Shown: one piece after another, positions 1 to 10,442 of the stretch
How the letters are laid out: each line of letters begins with the position of its first letter
Position numbering within the stretch: the first letter of the stretch is position 1
From: an uncultured delta proteobacterium
GTDB lineage: Bacteria > Desulfobacterota > RBG-13-43-22
DNA length: 64,000 nt
Reading direction: 5' to 3'
NCBI GenBank assembly: GCA_963802945.1
Contig: CAWDKY010000017.1
Location: 128,001 to 192,000, forward strand
Position numbers and translations under genes: made by a program
Notes under the pieces: model-generated
Databases searched by the model: none
What the model was told of the DNA's origin: nothing
Seen by the model: only the letters and a program-made list of their open reading frames with translations

Positions 1-515
1 GGGAGGATTTCGTCGTCATTGATCCCCTGCAAGGCCACCACATTGATCTTGATGGGTGAAAAGCCGATTCGTTCGGCCTCCTGTATCCCTTCCCAAACCT
101 GGTTAAAATAATCGAATCGGGTGATCCGGGCATAGTTTTGCGGATCCAGGGTGTCCAGGCTGATGTTGATTCTATTAATCCCGGCATCCCATAAGGACTG
201 GGCCTTTTCCGCCAGAAGCACCCCGTTGGTGGTCAGGCTAATTTCCTTGATACCTGGGATTTGCTTTAAAGCGACGATCAGATCGGTAATGTTTTTCCGG
301 ACCAGAGGTTCTCCGCCGGTCAGGCGAATTTTTTCAATACCCAGGCGAACACTCAGTCGGGCCAGCCTCATCAATTCTTCATAGGTCAGGATGTCCTCGT
401 GAAAAAGTTTCGGTACACCTTGTTCCGGCATACAATAGATACAACGCAGATTACAGCGGTCGGTCAACGAGATACGCAGGTAATTGAGGCGGCGATTATA
501 GGAATCAAGAAGCAT
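1..515 (-). CDS. moaA: GTP 3',8-cyclase MoaA (5' part; runs off the window start)
   Basis: Manual translation from ATG 515: MLLDSYNRRLNYLRISLTDRCNLRCIYCMP (CxxxCxxC), later RLTGGEP and INVVALQGINDDE; divergent from moeA. Not in the ORF track. Confidence 0.93.
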   Translation of the reverse strand, partial: MLLDSYNRRLNYLRISLTDRCNLRCIYCMPEQGVPKLFHEDILTYEELMRLARLSVRLGIEKIRLTGGEPLVRKNITDLIVALKQIPGIKEISLTTNGVLLAEKAQSLWDAGINRINISLDTLDPQNYARITRFDYFNQVWEGIQEAERIGFSPIKINVVALQGINDDEIL

Positions 516-672
516 GAGAGCAACATTAACTGGTTTTTAATCTTGCAATATTATGCCTTTTTTTACATAATAATTCAATAAGAATTTGTAAGACTATAAA
601 ATCAAAAAGAATTCTATGGCTTTGGCACAGGGGAATTAATGATTTTCACTCAAACCCTTGACTCCTTGAAAC

Positions 673-815
673 CTAGTGTACTGTAACAGTATTCGGTTTA
701 CAAAGTTGTCATTCCGGACTTGATCCGGAATCCAGTATTTTTAACCTGGATTCCTGCTTTCGCAGGAATGACGGATCAGGAATATTGTAAACCTGTTATT
801 GTGACACTACACTAG
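673..815. mobile_element. MITE-like element with ~31-bp imperfect TIRs, CTAG at both ends and an internal palindromic repeat
   Basis: Left ctagtgtactgtaacagtattcggtttacaa vs reverse complement of right ctagtgtagtgtcacaataacaggtttacaa; GTCATTCC...GGAATGAC repeat at 708-772. Confidence 0.65.
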
Positions 816-829
816 AAACCAAAAATTTT

Positions 830-2057
830 ATGAAACCATTCTTTCAGGTCAAAACCTCCCAAGAAATTTTTGAACTCATTAAGGTCTTTCCCCCTTTACC
901 TGCCGAAAAAGTATTGCTATCAGAAGGTTTGAATCGGGTCTTAGCAGAAGACGTCATTTCTCCAGAGGACCTCCCCCATTTCCCAAGGGCGACCATGGAT
1001 GGTTATGCTGTACGGGCCAGGGATACCTTCGGGGCCTCGGAGGCTGTTCCGGCCCTACTGACCCTGTCCGGAGAGATTACCATGGGTCAGGAGGTGAAGG
1101 CCCCGGTTGAACCGAATCATTGTTTCCGTATTGCCACCGGCGGGATGGTTCCGCCTGGGGCCGACGCTGTGGTCATGATCGAGCACACTCAACAGCTTGA
1201 TTCGAGAACCATTGAGATATTCAAATCGGTTTCTCCTTTGGATTGTGTCATTCAAGTGGGGGAAGATATCAAAAAATCCGAGACTGTTTTGATTGCCGGG
1301 CAGAGGCTTCGCCCACAGGACTTGGGTCTCCTGGCCGGCCTGGGTGTGGTTGATATACCGGTTTACCGTCAACCCAAAGTGGCGATTATTTCCACCGGTG
1401 ATGAAATCGTGCCGGTAGAAGAGCAACCCCCACCTGGTTTTATCCGGGATATTAATGCCGTTACGCTACAGGCCCTGACCGTCGAGACCGGGGCCAAAAC
1501 GGAATTTTTTGGCCGCGTCCAGGATACTTTTGAGGAATTGAAGGCAGTTTGTCAAAGAGGGTTTGAGCAGTCCGATATGGTTCTGATTTCCGGAGGCAGC
1601 TCCATGGGGATGCGGGATTATACCTTAGAGGTTCATTCGGAGTTTTCCAGAATCGGAAATTCTGGCCCATGGCATTTCGATCAGTCCGGGAAAACCGACC
1701 ATCCTGGCCCGAGTCGGAAATAAGATCCTCTGGGGTCTGCCAGGTCATACCGTTTCAGCTATGATTGTCTTTGCCCTTTTCGTCAAACCCTGTTTGAAAC
1801 ATTTGGAAGGAGAAAAGGTCAGCAGACAAATACCCGGGGTCAAAGCCCGATTGACCCGGAATATTGCTTCGGCCCAGGGACGGGAGGAATATATACGAGT
1901 GGCTCTTAAAAAAGGGGAGGCAGGTTGGGAGGCCGTACCCGTCCTGGGAAAATCGGGACTTATCTCCACCATGGTCCGGGCCGACGGCTTGATTCGAATT
2001 GATCAGAATTGTGAAGGGCTGGAAAAGGGAGAGTGGGTGGAGGTACTTTTGTTCTAA
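830..2057 (+). CDS. moeA: Molybdopterin molybdotransferase MoeA (frameshift near 1640)
   Basis: MDGYAV, IATGG, STGDE, ISGGSS motifs; PGKPT region out of frame; C-terminus in ORF 1761..2057. Confidence 0.9.
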
Positions 2058-2304
2058 TAGGGAAAAACGAATGTCGAACACCGAATTTCGAATCATGAAT
2101 GGATTTTTTATCCATACTTCAACATTCCTTATTCGATATTCGAAATTCGAAATTTTCATGATTCATGGTGCCCTATAGGGGCATGAGGGATAAAAGAGAA
2201 AGATTCCAGGGTTCGAGGGTTATTACTTCCATGCCTTCCCATCCGCTCTGCGGTCCTTGAATCCTTGACCCCTCGACCTCTTGAATCCTTTATTGAGGAG
2301 TTTT

Positions 2305-4225
2305 ATGAAACGAAAAATATATTTGCACATGAAATCCTTGGAAGAGGCCCGGGAACTCTTTTTGAATTGTCTGGACTATGGCCGGATGTTGACCGGGGAA
2401 CGAATATCCACAGTGGAAGGCATGGGGCGCATCCTGGCTGAGCCGGTCTTTGCCCGGTTTTCTTCACCTAATTTTCACGCCGCGGCCATGGACGGTATTG
2501 CTGTTTTGGCTGAAGATTCTTTTGGAGCAAGCATTGACCAACCCAAACAATTTCGGATCGGGAAACAGGCCTTTTGGATCAACACCGGTCAGCCAATGCC
2601 TGCGGGAACTAATGCCGTCATCATGGTCGAGCAGATCAATCTGATCGAAGAAGATCTGGCGGAGATCCAGGCGGCGGCCTTTCCCTGGCAATATGTGCGC
2701 AAGATGGGGGAAGACCTGGTGGCTACCGAACTTCTCCTGCCCCAGGGGCACCGCATAACCGCTTATGATTTGGGGGCCTTGATCGCCGGGGGAGTTTTTG
2801 AACTTCCGGTGATCCAAAAACCAAAAGTGGTGCTGATCCCAACCGGGTCCGAGCTGATCGAATGGCAGGAAATGGCCAAATCATTGCCCCCCGGAAAGGT
2901 CCCTGAATATAATACCCTGATCCTTTCCGGACTGGTACATGAATGCGGGGGAGAGCCGGTTCGCTGGCCCATCACCCGAGATAAAAAAGAATTGATCCAG
3001 GGAACCCTGGCCAAGGCAGTGGACTCAGATTGTCAAATGGTCATCATCAACGCCGGTTCTTCTTCCGGCAGTGAGGATTACAGCCTGACGGCCATTGAAG
3101 GTCTGGGAGAAGTCCTGGTCCATGGCGTGACCATCATGCCCGGAAAACCTACCATCCTGGGAATCATTCAGGGCAAGCCGGTGATCGGAAATCCCGGCTA
3201 TCCGGTATCGGCCACCATATCCTTTGAACAATTCGCCCGTCCGGTGCTTTTTAAGATGCAGGGCATCGCGGCACCGGATCGGAAAAAGGTTCCGGTCTAT
3301 CCGGCCCGGGCTTTTCCTTCTAAACTGGGGCAAGAGGAATTTCTCAGGGTCAATCTGGGCCGGGTGGGGGATAAGATCATTGCCAATCCATTACCTCGCG
3401 GGGCCGGGACCATTACTTCTTTGACCCGTGCCGATGGCATTATTCGCATTCCCATGAATTCGGAAGGCATTAACTGGGAGGAGCCGGTTCTGGCCGAACT
3501 CCTGCGGGAGGAAACAATCCTTGCCCACACCGTGGTCATTGTCGGCAGTCATGACAATACATTGGACCTACTGGGGAATTTTTTATCCAGACAATATCCG
3601 AAATTTCGTCTGACCTCCAGCAATGTGGGCAGTACCGGGGGCTTGATGGCCCTGAAGCGGGGGATTGCCCATGTGGCCGGTTCTCATTTGCTGGATCCCG
3701 AAACCGGCGGGATATAATATCACCTATATCCGGCGTTTGATCCCGGATGTGCCGGTCAAGGGCGTCAATCTGGTATTGCGTCAGCAGGGATTGATTCTGG
3801 CCAAAGGGAATCCCAAAAAGATAATCGGCCTGGAAGATATGGCTCGAAAGGATGTGGCCTTCATCAATCGACAGGCCGGGTCTGGGACCCGTATTCTACT
3901 GGATTTTCGATTGAAGGAATTGGAGCTTGATCCGTCCGATATTCGCGGTTATGAGGAAGAAGAATTCACCCATATGGCTGTAGCCGTGGCCGTCCTGAGC
4001 GGACGGGCTGATGCGGGCCTGGGGATTTATGCCGCAGCCCGGGCCTTGGATCTGGATTTTATCCCGGTGGTTCAGGAGGAATATGATCTGGTCATTCCTG
4101 ACAAATATTATGAAGAGGAAAAAATTCAAGCCTTGTTATCGGTCATCCGGTCAGCCAATTTTCAAGAGGCCGCGAAGGCCCTGGGAGGCTATGACCTTTC
4201 TTTAACCGGGAAAATCATTTTTTAA
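2305..4225 (+). CDS. moeA: MoeA fused to a periplasmic-binding (PBP) type C-terminal domain (frameshift near 3710)
   Basis: MDGIAV, PGKPT, GNPGYP, then GSHD/GSTGGL and INRQAGSGTR, THMAVA in ORF 3665..4225; GAGGAG SD before ATG 2305. Confidence 0.88.
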
Positions 4226-4259
4226 TTCTAAAGAGAATGCCCCTCTTTTGGGATTGGCT

Positions 4260-4841
4260 TTAACTAACTGGAGACGGAGTGGTTGCCTTGCGGCCAAGTT
4301 CAAAGGCCTCACGCTTGGCTGCTTTGTTCCCGGCAATTTCACCTTTATCCGTGGCTGAGGCCATAACGGTTCCGATCCAGCGGAGTTTGGTGAAGTCCGC
4401 AGTGTTTTTAAAGGAATGAACGATAGGGTCGGCCGTATGTACGTTCGTATCTCCGCAGACCGTGATCAGCCCGATGCGTTTTCCCTTCACTCGGGGATAG
4501 TAAGCCTTATGCCATCTCCACTGGGCGTCGAAAAAAGCGCACCACCTGTCCAGATAGGCTTTCATTTGGGAGGTCATGGACCAAAAATAAACGGGTACAC
4601 TGTGGATAACCGCATCCGCCTCCAGAATTTTCTTGTGGATTTCAGGCATGTCGTCCTTAAGGACGCAGAGGCCCGTTTCGTTACACTTCTTGCAATCATG
4701 GCAGCCTAAAATTTTTTTCTGATTGAGAATAATCTTTTCCACCTCCGCACCGGCATCCCTGGCCCCGGCCAGGGCCTGATCTAAAAGTATATCGCTATTA
4801 CCCCCGATGCGTGGACTCCCCAAAATACCCAGAATTTTCAT
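4260..4841 (-). CDS. Flavodoxin-fold NADPH-dependent FMN reductase / iron-sulfur flavoprotein
   Basis: GSPRxGGNS; CHDCKKC..GLC cysteine motif; PVYF. Confidence 0.85.
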   Translation of the reverse strand: MKILGILGSPRIGGNSDILLDQALAGARDAGAEVEKIILNQKKILGCHDCKKCNETGLCVLKDDMPEIHKKILEADAVIHSVPVYFWSMTSQMKAYLDRWCAFFDAQWRWHKAYYPRVKGKRIGLITVCGDTNVHTADPIVHSFKNTADFTKLRWIGTVMASATDKGEIAGNKAAKREAFELGRKATTPSPVS

Positions 4842-4959
4842 TTTCGTCCTCCTGATTTTTTCATCTTTGTATTAGGTTAGCAAAAAACGGCCGGGAAGGG
4901 AAGACGGCAAGTAATTTTTTTAGATGAAAAAATGAATCGGTGCCTGGACCTGTTTCGGG

Positions 4960-4989
4960 TTGACACACCCTTTTAAAAACTGGTAATCT
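4960..4989 (+). promoter_or_regulatory. Putative sigma70 promoter for the dehydrogenase gene
   Basis: TTGACA (4960), 18-bp spacer, TGn-TAATCT extended -10. Confidence 0.5.
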
Positions 4990-5067
4990 TAAAAAAGATT
5001 TTTCTAAAGATAAAGACTGAACATCTTGTCATAAGTATCCAAATTAGAAGAAGGAGACCAGAGCCCT

Positions 5068-5985
5068 ATGAAAGCAGCAATATATCATGGCATTCGTGAT
5101 TTGCGGGTTGAAGAAGTCCCCGAACCAATGTCCAAATCGGGGGAGATAAAGGTTAAGATTAAATACTGCGGGATTTGCGGATCGGATTTACATGAATATC
5201 TGCATGGTCCATTCCCCCAGAGTCCTTTCGGCCATGAGGCCTGCGGTCAGATCGTTGAAATAGGACCAGGGGTGAGCGGATTTCAGAAAGGTGATCAGGT
5301 TCTGGCCTTTCAAAAAGGGGCCTACGCCGAATACCTCGTGTTAGAGCAGGAAAGGGTGATCAAAAAACCCGACAACATGACTTGGGAACGGGCGGCAGTG
5401 GTCGAGCCGTTGTCCGGTGCCGCTTATGCTATTGAAAGAGGTGGCGTCCTGCCTGGTGACACTGTTCTCATTGCCGGAGCCGGGCCGGTGGGCCTTATGG
5501 CCTTGCTGGGTCTCAAAGCTATTGGAGTGGAAAAAATTTACCAGACGGATATTTCGGAAACCCGAAGAAAAAAAGCCGAAGAAATGGGGGCCACCCTGGT
5601 CCTGAATCCTCTGACAGAAAAAATTCCAGCAAAAATGAAAGAACTTTCGGTCGGAAGGGGGGTGGATGTGGCCATCGAGGCCGTGGGTATCGAGGCCACT
5701 TTGAAGGATTGTCTGGCTTCCGTACGCTATCAGGGAAAAGTGATTGTTCAGGGGATTTTTACTGACCGGATTCCCGTGCATATGCTTGGATTCGTGACCC
5801 GGGAAACGTCCATGATCGGTACAAACTCTATCAATGCCTCTTTGGCCATGTCTTGGATCGAGACTCAAGGGATCAGGCCGGAGCTAATCATAACAAAAAT
5901 TTTGCCCTTAGATCAGACCGCTGAGGGATTTGAACTGCTGACCCAAAAGACCAAGGAGCAGATTAAGATTTTGATTGAACCTTAG
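5068..5985 (+). CDS. Zinc-dependent medium-chain dehydrogenase (butanediol/sorbitol DH-like)
   Basis: CGICGSDLH, GHE, GAGPVG. Confidence 0.88.
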   Translation: MKAAIYHGIRDLRVEEVPEPMSKSGEIKVKIKYCGICGSDLHEYLHGPFPQSPFGHEACGQIVEIGPGVSGFQKGDQVLAFQKGAYAEYLVLEQERVIKKPDNMTWERAAVVEPLSGAAYAIERGGVLPGDTVLIAGAGPVGLMALLGLKAIGVEKIYQTDISETRRKKAEEMGATLVLNPLTEKIPAKMKELSVGRGVDVAIEAVGIEATLKDCLASVRYQGKVIVQGIFTDRIPVHMLGFVTRETSMIGTNSINASLAMSWIETQGIRPELIITKILPLDQTAEGFELLTQKTKEQIKILIEP

Positions 5986-6045
5986 TTCAAAGAGACGTTG
6001 ATTAGTTTTGATAGATTACTAAGAAGTCGTTAACATAGAATTCAT

Positions 6046-6290
6046 GTCATTCCGGAGAAGAGACTGTGTCGTAATTATATTTTTGTCATTCCGTGCAAGC
6101 GAAGCGCGACACGGAATCCAGTATTTTCATTAAGTTCTGGATGTCGGCTTTCGCCGGCATGACGGCTTTGATGGCGCTGTCCGCTATTACGACACAGTCT
6201 CGAAAGCCGGAATCCAGTGTTTTTAGTTTAGACATATACTGGACCCCGGTTGGAGTTTATCCCGCACTTGATGCGGGGCCGGGGTGACGA
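6046..6290. repeat. Compound palindromic repeat hosting a 142-bp MITE and a mini-palindrome
   Basis: GTCATTCCGGA[GAA-insert-GAA]AGCCGGAATCCAG ... CTGGACCCCGG-(loop)-CCGGGGTGAC. Confidence 0.8.
6060..6201. mobile_element. 142-bp MITE, copy 1
   Basis: Perfect 16-bp TIR GAGACTGTGTCGTAAT; GAA on both flanks (6057-6059, 6202-6204). Confidence 0.85.
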
Positions 6291-6350
6291 CTTGTTATGA
6301 ACTTTTCTATTTTCAATATTCAAGTTGCCCCTCGTCAACAAGCAGGGGTA

Positions 6351-8087
6351 TCAAGTTATTCTGCCAGTATATCTGTTCGTAATCGGCAGGCGCCAGTCCT
6401 TGCCGAAGGCCCGGGAGGTGATTTTGATGCCCGGCGGGCTTTGACGGCGTTTGTATTCGTTACGATCCACCATCCGGATCACCCTTTGGACCATTTCCCG
6501 GTCGAATCCTCGCTGGATGATTTCATCCACTGAACAACTTTCCTCCACATAGGCCGTCAGGATAGGATCCAACTGTTCATAGAGGGGCAGGGAATCCGAA
6601 TCTTTTTGATCGGGACGCAGTTCGGCCGAAGGGGGCTTTTCCAAAACACTTTGGGGAATAAGCTCCTTTTCCTGACGTTGATTGAGATAACGGCACAAAG
6701 AATAGACCAAGGTTTTGGGCACATCCTTCAATACCGCAAATCCACCGGCCGTGTCTCCATAGAGAGTGGAATAGCCCACACCGGTTTCGCTTTTGTTGCC
6801 CGTGGTCAAAACCAGCCAGCCGAATTTATTGGACAGGGCCATGAGCAAGGTCCCGCGGATCCTGGGCTGGAGGTTCTCTTCTGTCAGATCTTCAGACACC
6901 TCTTTGAAATGGGGTTTCAAAATTTCCAAATAGGATTGAAAAACTTTTTCGATAGGAATGTTTAGGAAATGGATCCCCAAATTTCCGGATAACAGTTCGG
7001 CATCCTTCAGACTGTGATCGGAAGAATAACGGGTGGGCATGGCAATACCGTAAACCTGGTCCGCGCCCAACGCATCGGCAGCAATGGCCGCGGTCAAGGA
7101 ACTGTCAATACCACCGGAAAGACCGACCACCACTTTTCTGAACCCGTTTTTCCGGCAATAGTCTCCGGTGCCGAGCACCAGGGCCTGATAGACTTCGGCC
7201 TCCGGTGAAAGGGGTACTGCTTTTTGAGGAGAAACCGGTTTTGTTTTTTTGGGGGGTTGGGTTTTTGGGATTTTAATTTCCTGAATACCCAGCCCTTCCT
7301 CCTTAACCTCTTTGCGCCGGCGAGGATCAAATAGTCGCCAGCGTAAAACTTCCTTCAGGTCCAGATCGGCGACTAAAAAATCTTCCACGAACTGACCGGC
7401 TCTGGCAATCATTTCACCTTGAGGATCAAAGATCATGCTCTGGCCGTCAAAGATCAACTCGTCCTGGCCGCCCACCAGATTGCAGTAGGCCAGATAAGCG
7501 CGATTATCAGCCGCTCGTGTTGAGAGCATCCTCTCCCGGTCCTGGCCCTTTCCCAAGATAATAAGGGGAAGAGGAAATATTGATCAGTATTTGGGCTCCT
7601 CCTTGAGCGGCTTGTGATTGAGGAGGACCGTTAGGGTACCAGATGTCTTCACAGATACTGATCCCGATCAGGGTTTTATCAAAACGGAAAACCGGGTTTT
7701 TTTTACCGGCCTGAAAATAGCGGTTTTCGTCAAAGACGCCATAGTTGGGCAAGAAATGTTTGGCATAAACCCCTATGAATTGCCCGTCGGACAATACGGC
7801 CGCCCCGTTGTAGAGGTCATCTTCCATCCATAGACAGCCAATAACGGCCACCAAGTCCTTTGGTTGGCCGGGACCAGTTCGGTCAGAATTCCCTGGGCCG
7901 ATTCCACAAAGTCCGGTTTAAGCAGAAGGTCTTCCGGCGGGTAGCCGGTAATGGCCAGTTCCGGGAAGGCCACCACCTGAACCCCAGCCTGGCGGGCCTT
8001 TTCCAGGCCTTCCATGATTTTGTTGCGGTTGCCGGACAAATCTCCCACGGTGGCATTGATTTGGGCCAAGGCAATGCGAAGAGTCAT
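6351..8087 (-). CDS. nadE: Glutamine-dependent NAD+ synthetase (split by two frameshifts)
   Basis: Nitrilase domain ([20 protein letters not shown]) plus SGGIDSS, TGNKSE, PPSAEL, EYKRRQ across ORFs 7773..8087, 7507..7854, 6351..7556. Confidence 0.93.
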
Positions 8088-8149
8088 GATTTTTCTTCCT
8101 TATAGTAATACCTTCGATTGTTGAAAGCTAATTTTCGAACTCTTTGTCT

Positions 8150-8869
8150 TTAAGTTATTTTCTTTTTACCATAAGGGCATACTCGAATGCAAACTCCACA
8201 GATCCTTGTGCCGATACCGGAAAGATTTTTAAATTCGATCAATTTTTGGTAACATTTTTCTAAATCCAAAGCGGCCTCCCTGGATTCATAAAAACTGTCG
8301 GTCGAGGTATTTTTTATAGCCGAGGCTGGACAGGCCTGGACACATTCCAGGCATTGGCCGCATCGGTTTTTTATCGGCCGGTCCGGGGTCAGAGGCATGT
8401 CGGTTAAAACGGTAACCAGCCTGACCCTTGGGCCGTATTCTGGATTGATCAAAAGGAGGCTCTTTCCCTGCCACCCCAATCCGGCCATCCTGGCCACAGC
8501 TTTATGGGAGATACTGCCCAGGAGGGAGGTTTCATTCACCGTTTCAGCGGCCGGGATGGCCGTCACCCGGAATCCTTTTTCCTTGACCCATTGGACAACC
8601 TGAGCGGAAATTGTGTCCAGCGATGTATTGACATTTCTATAGTGTTGGGCATATTCAGGTGTCGGCCTATCCACAATATCCTCGATGACTTCATCTTTTA
8701 ACCGAACCCCTATAGATAGGCCATGGCAATAAGATTCTATCAGGTTTTCGGGGAAAAGGGGCAGTCCTTTTCGGAGCGGGTCCAGATTGGCCACTCCGAT
8801 CAAATCAGCGCCAAGACTTCTGGTAAAAGTTTTAAGGTCTGAAGTAGTGTCTATAAATTTATTTTTCAA
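8150..8869 (-). CDS. QueG/reductive-dehalogenase-like 2x[4Fe-4S] protein
   Basis: AGLGWQGK, GPRVRLVTVLTD, CGQCLECVQACP, CGVCIRVCP. Confidence 0.8.
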   Translation of the reverse strand: MKNKFIDTTSDLKTFTRSLGADLIGVANLDPLRKGLPLFPENLIESYCHGLSIGVRLKDEVIEDIVDRPTPEYAQHYRNVNTSLDTISAQVVQWVKEKGFRVTAIPAAETVNETSLLGSISHKAVARMAGLGWQGKSLLLINPEYGPRVRLVTVLTDMPLTPDRPIKNRCGQCLECVQACPASAIKNTSTDSFYESREAALDLEKCYQKLIEFKNLSGIGTRICGVCIRVCPYGKKKIT

Positions 8870-8910
8870 AATAGCCTTTCATGAAAGTCGCGAGACGTCA
8901 TTCCGGCGGA

Positions 8911-9052
8911 GAGGCTGTGTCGTAATTCCATTTTTGTCATTCCGTGCAAGCGAAGCGCGACACGGAACCCAGTATTTTCATTAAGTTCTGGATGCCGGCT
9001 TTCGCCGGCATGACGGCCTTGATGGGGCAATCTGCAATTGTGACACAACCTC
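8911..9052. mobile_element. 142-bp MITE, copy 2, inside a palindromic repeat (8897-9068)
   Basis: TIR GAGGCTGTGTCGTAAT / ATTGTGACACAACCTC; GGA on both flanks (8908-8910, 9053-9055); interior closely similar to copy 1. Confidence 0.85.
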
Positions 9053-9071
9053 GGAAGCCGGAATCCAGGCC

Positions 9072-10250
9072 TCAATACATCATATCCTTTAACAACGCTC
9101 CCAACCGTTTTATGCCCTTCCTAATGGTTTCTTCATCGACGCTGGAAAAATTTAATCGCAAGGTATTGACCTCTTTTTTATTGATATAGAAAGGGTCGCC
9201 GGGCACAAAAGCCACCTTCTTGTTGATCGCCTCATTAAAGACCTCCATGGCCGACAACCCTTCCGGCAGGGTAATCCAGAGGAACATCCCTCCTTCCGGT
9301 TGGGTATACTGGGTTTCTTCTGGAAAGTATTCTCTGATGGCCGACACCATGGCATCTCTTTGCCTTCCATAGGCTTGCCTGATTTTGGCGATATGTTCAT
9401 TGATATCATTATCCTTCAAATATTGCATAATGATTCTCTGGCCGAAATAGTTGGTATGGAGGTCAGAGGCCTGTTTGGCGATGATAAGCTTGTCCATAAT
9501 TTCGTCCTTGGCCACAATCCAGCCGATCCTGAAAGACGGCACGACAATCTTGGAAAAAGATCCCAACAGGACCGTATTTTCCGGAATGAGTTGGTAGAAA
9601 GAGGGTTGGTCTTTTCCTAAAAACCGCAGCTCCCCATAAGGATCGTCTTCAATAAGGATCGTTTTTTTGTCTTTCAATATACGGGCAATTTCCTTGCGAT
9701 TTGGCTCCGAATAACTGATCCCGGAAGGATTTTGAAAGTTCGGAACACCATACATTAACTTGATCGGGTGTTGGGTTGTTGTCTGCTCAAGCAGGTCGGT
9801 GACCATCCCTTCCGGGGTCACCGGTATCGGGAAAAACGTGGCCCGGTAAATGGAAAAGGCCTGAATGGCGCCGAGGTACCCCGGTTCTTCGATAACGACC
9901 TTGTCTCCCTCGTTGAGAAAGGTCTTGCCGAGAAGATCGAGCCCCTGCTGGGAGCCGGTAGTAATCAGGACATTATCGGCCTGGACCGTAATATGTTTTG
10001 ACTTATACCGGTTAACAATCCATTCCCGTAATTCTTCAAAGCCTTCAGAGGTGCTGTACTGGAGCGCATCCTTACCGGCGGTTTCCAGCACCTTTTGAGT
10101 GGCCGCCTTTATTTCCTCCAAAGGAAACAGATCCCGGCTCGGCAATCCGCCGGCAAAGGAAATAACGGATTCGTCTATGGTAAACTTCAAAATTTCTCTG
10201 ATAAACGACCTAGGGACATCGGAAATCCGGTCTGAAAAGATATTGCCCAT
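9072..10250 (-). CDS. PLP-dependent class I aminotransferase (LysN/AvtA-like)
   Basis: SFAGGLP, FQNPSG, EDDPYGEL, GSFSK, LRLNFS. Confidence 0.9.
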   Translation of the reverse strand: MGNIFSDRISDVPRSFIREILKFTIDESVISFAGGLPSRDLFPLEEIKAATQKVLETAGKDALQYSTSEGFEELREWIVNRYKSKHITVQADNVLITTGSQQGLDLLGKTFLNEGDKVVIEEPGYLGAIQAFSIYRATFFPIPVTPEGMVTDLLEQTTTQHPIKLMYGVPNFQNPSGISYSEPNRKEIARILKDKKTILIEDDPYGELRFLGKDQPSFYQLIPENTVLLGSFSKIVVPSFRIGWIVAKDEIMDKLIIAKQASDLHTNYFGQRIIMQYLKDNDINEHIAKIRQAYGRQRDAMVSAIREYFPEETQYTQPEGGMFLWITLPEGLSAMEVFNEAINKKVAFVPGDPFYINKKEVNTLRLNFSSVDEETIRKGIKRLGALLKDMMY

Positions 10251-10339
10251 CTGGTTTTATCCTTTATATCTGTGTGGGTCAGTAGATGATGCTAGCTTAT
10301 TTTTTAAATTTGAAAGTTTGTTAATAAGCTCTTAGGGCC

Positions 10340-10403
10340 GTCACCCCGGCGAAAGCCGGGAACAATACAAGAGAACCTAGATTCCAGCTTTCGCCGGAAT
10401 GAC
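10340..10403. repeat. GTCA-tagged double-hairpin palindromic repeat
   Basis: GTCACCCCGGCGAAAGCCGGG ... ATTCCAGCTTTCGCCGGAATGAC. Confidence 0.7.
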
Positions 10404-10442
10404 AAACATAGATCTACTATTTCCTTTTTTGAATTTCATCAT

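Noticed and set aside
151-581. Plus-strand ORFs 151..384 and 399..581
   Set aside because: Antisense shadows of moaA.
6351-8087. Programmed frameshifting in nadE or hcp
   Set aside because: Multiple shifts per gene, spread across the window, favour sequencing error.
8150-8869. Respiratory reductive dehalogenase
   Set aside because: Too short, with no Tat signal and no membrane-anchor gene.
6093-9189. Similar ORFs 6093..6287 and 8944..9189 (MQAKRDTE...)
   Set aside because: They are translations of the MITE/palindrome, not genes.
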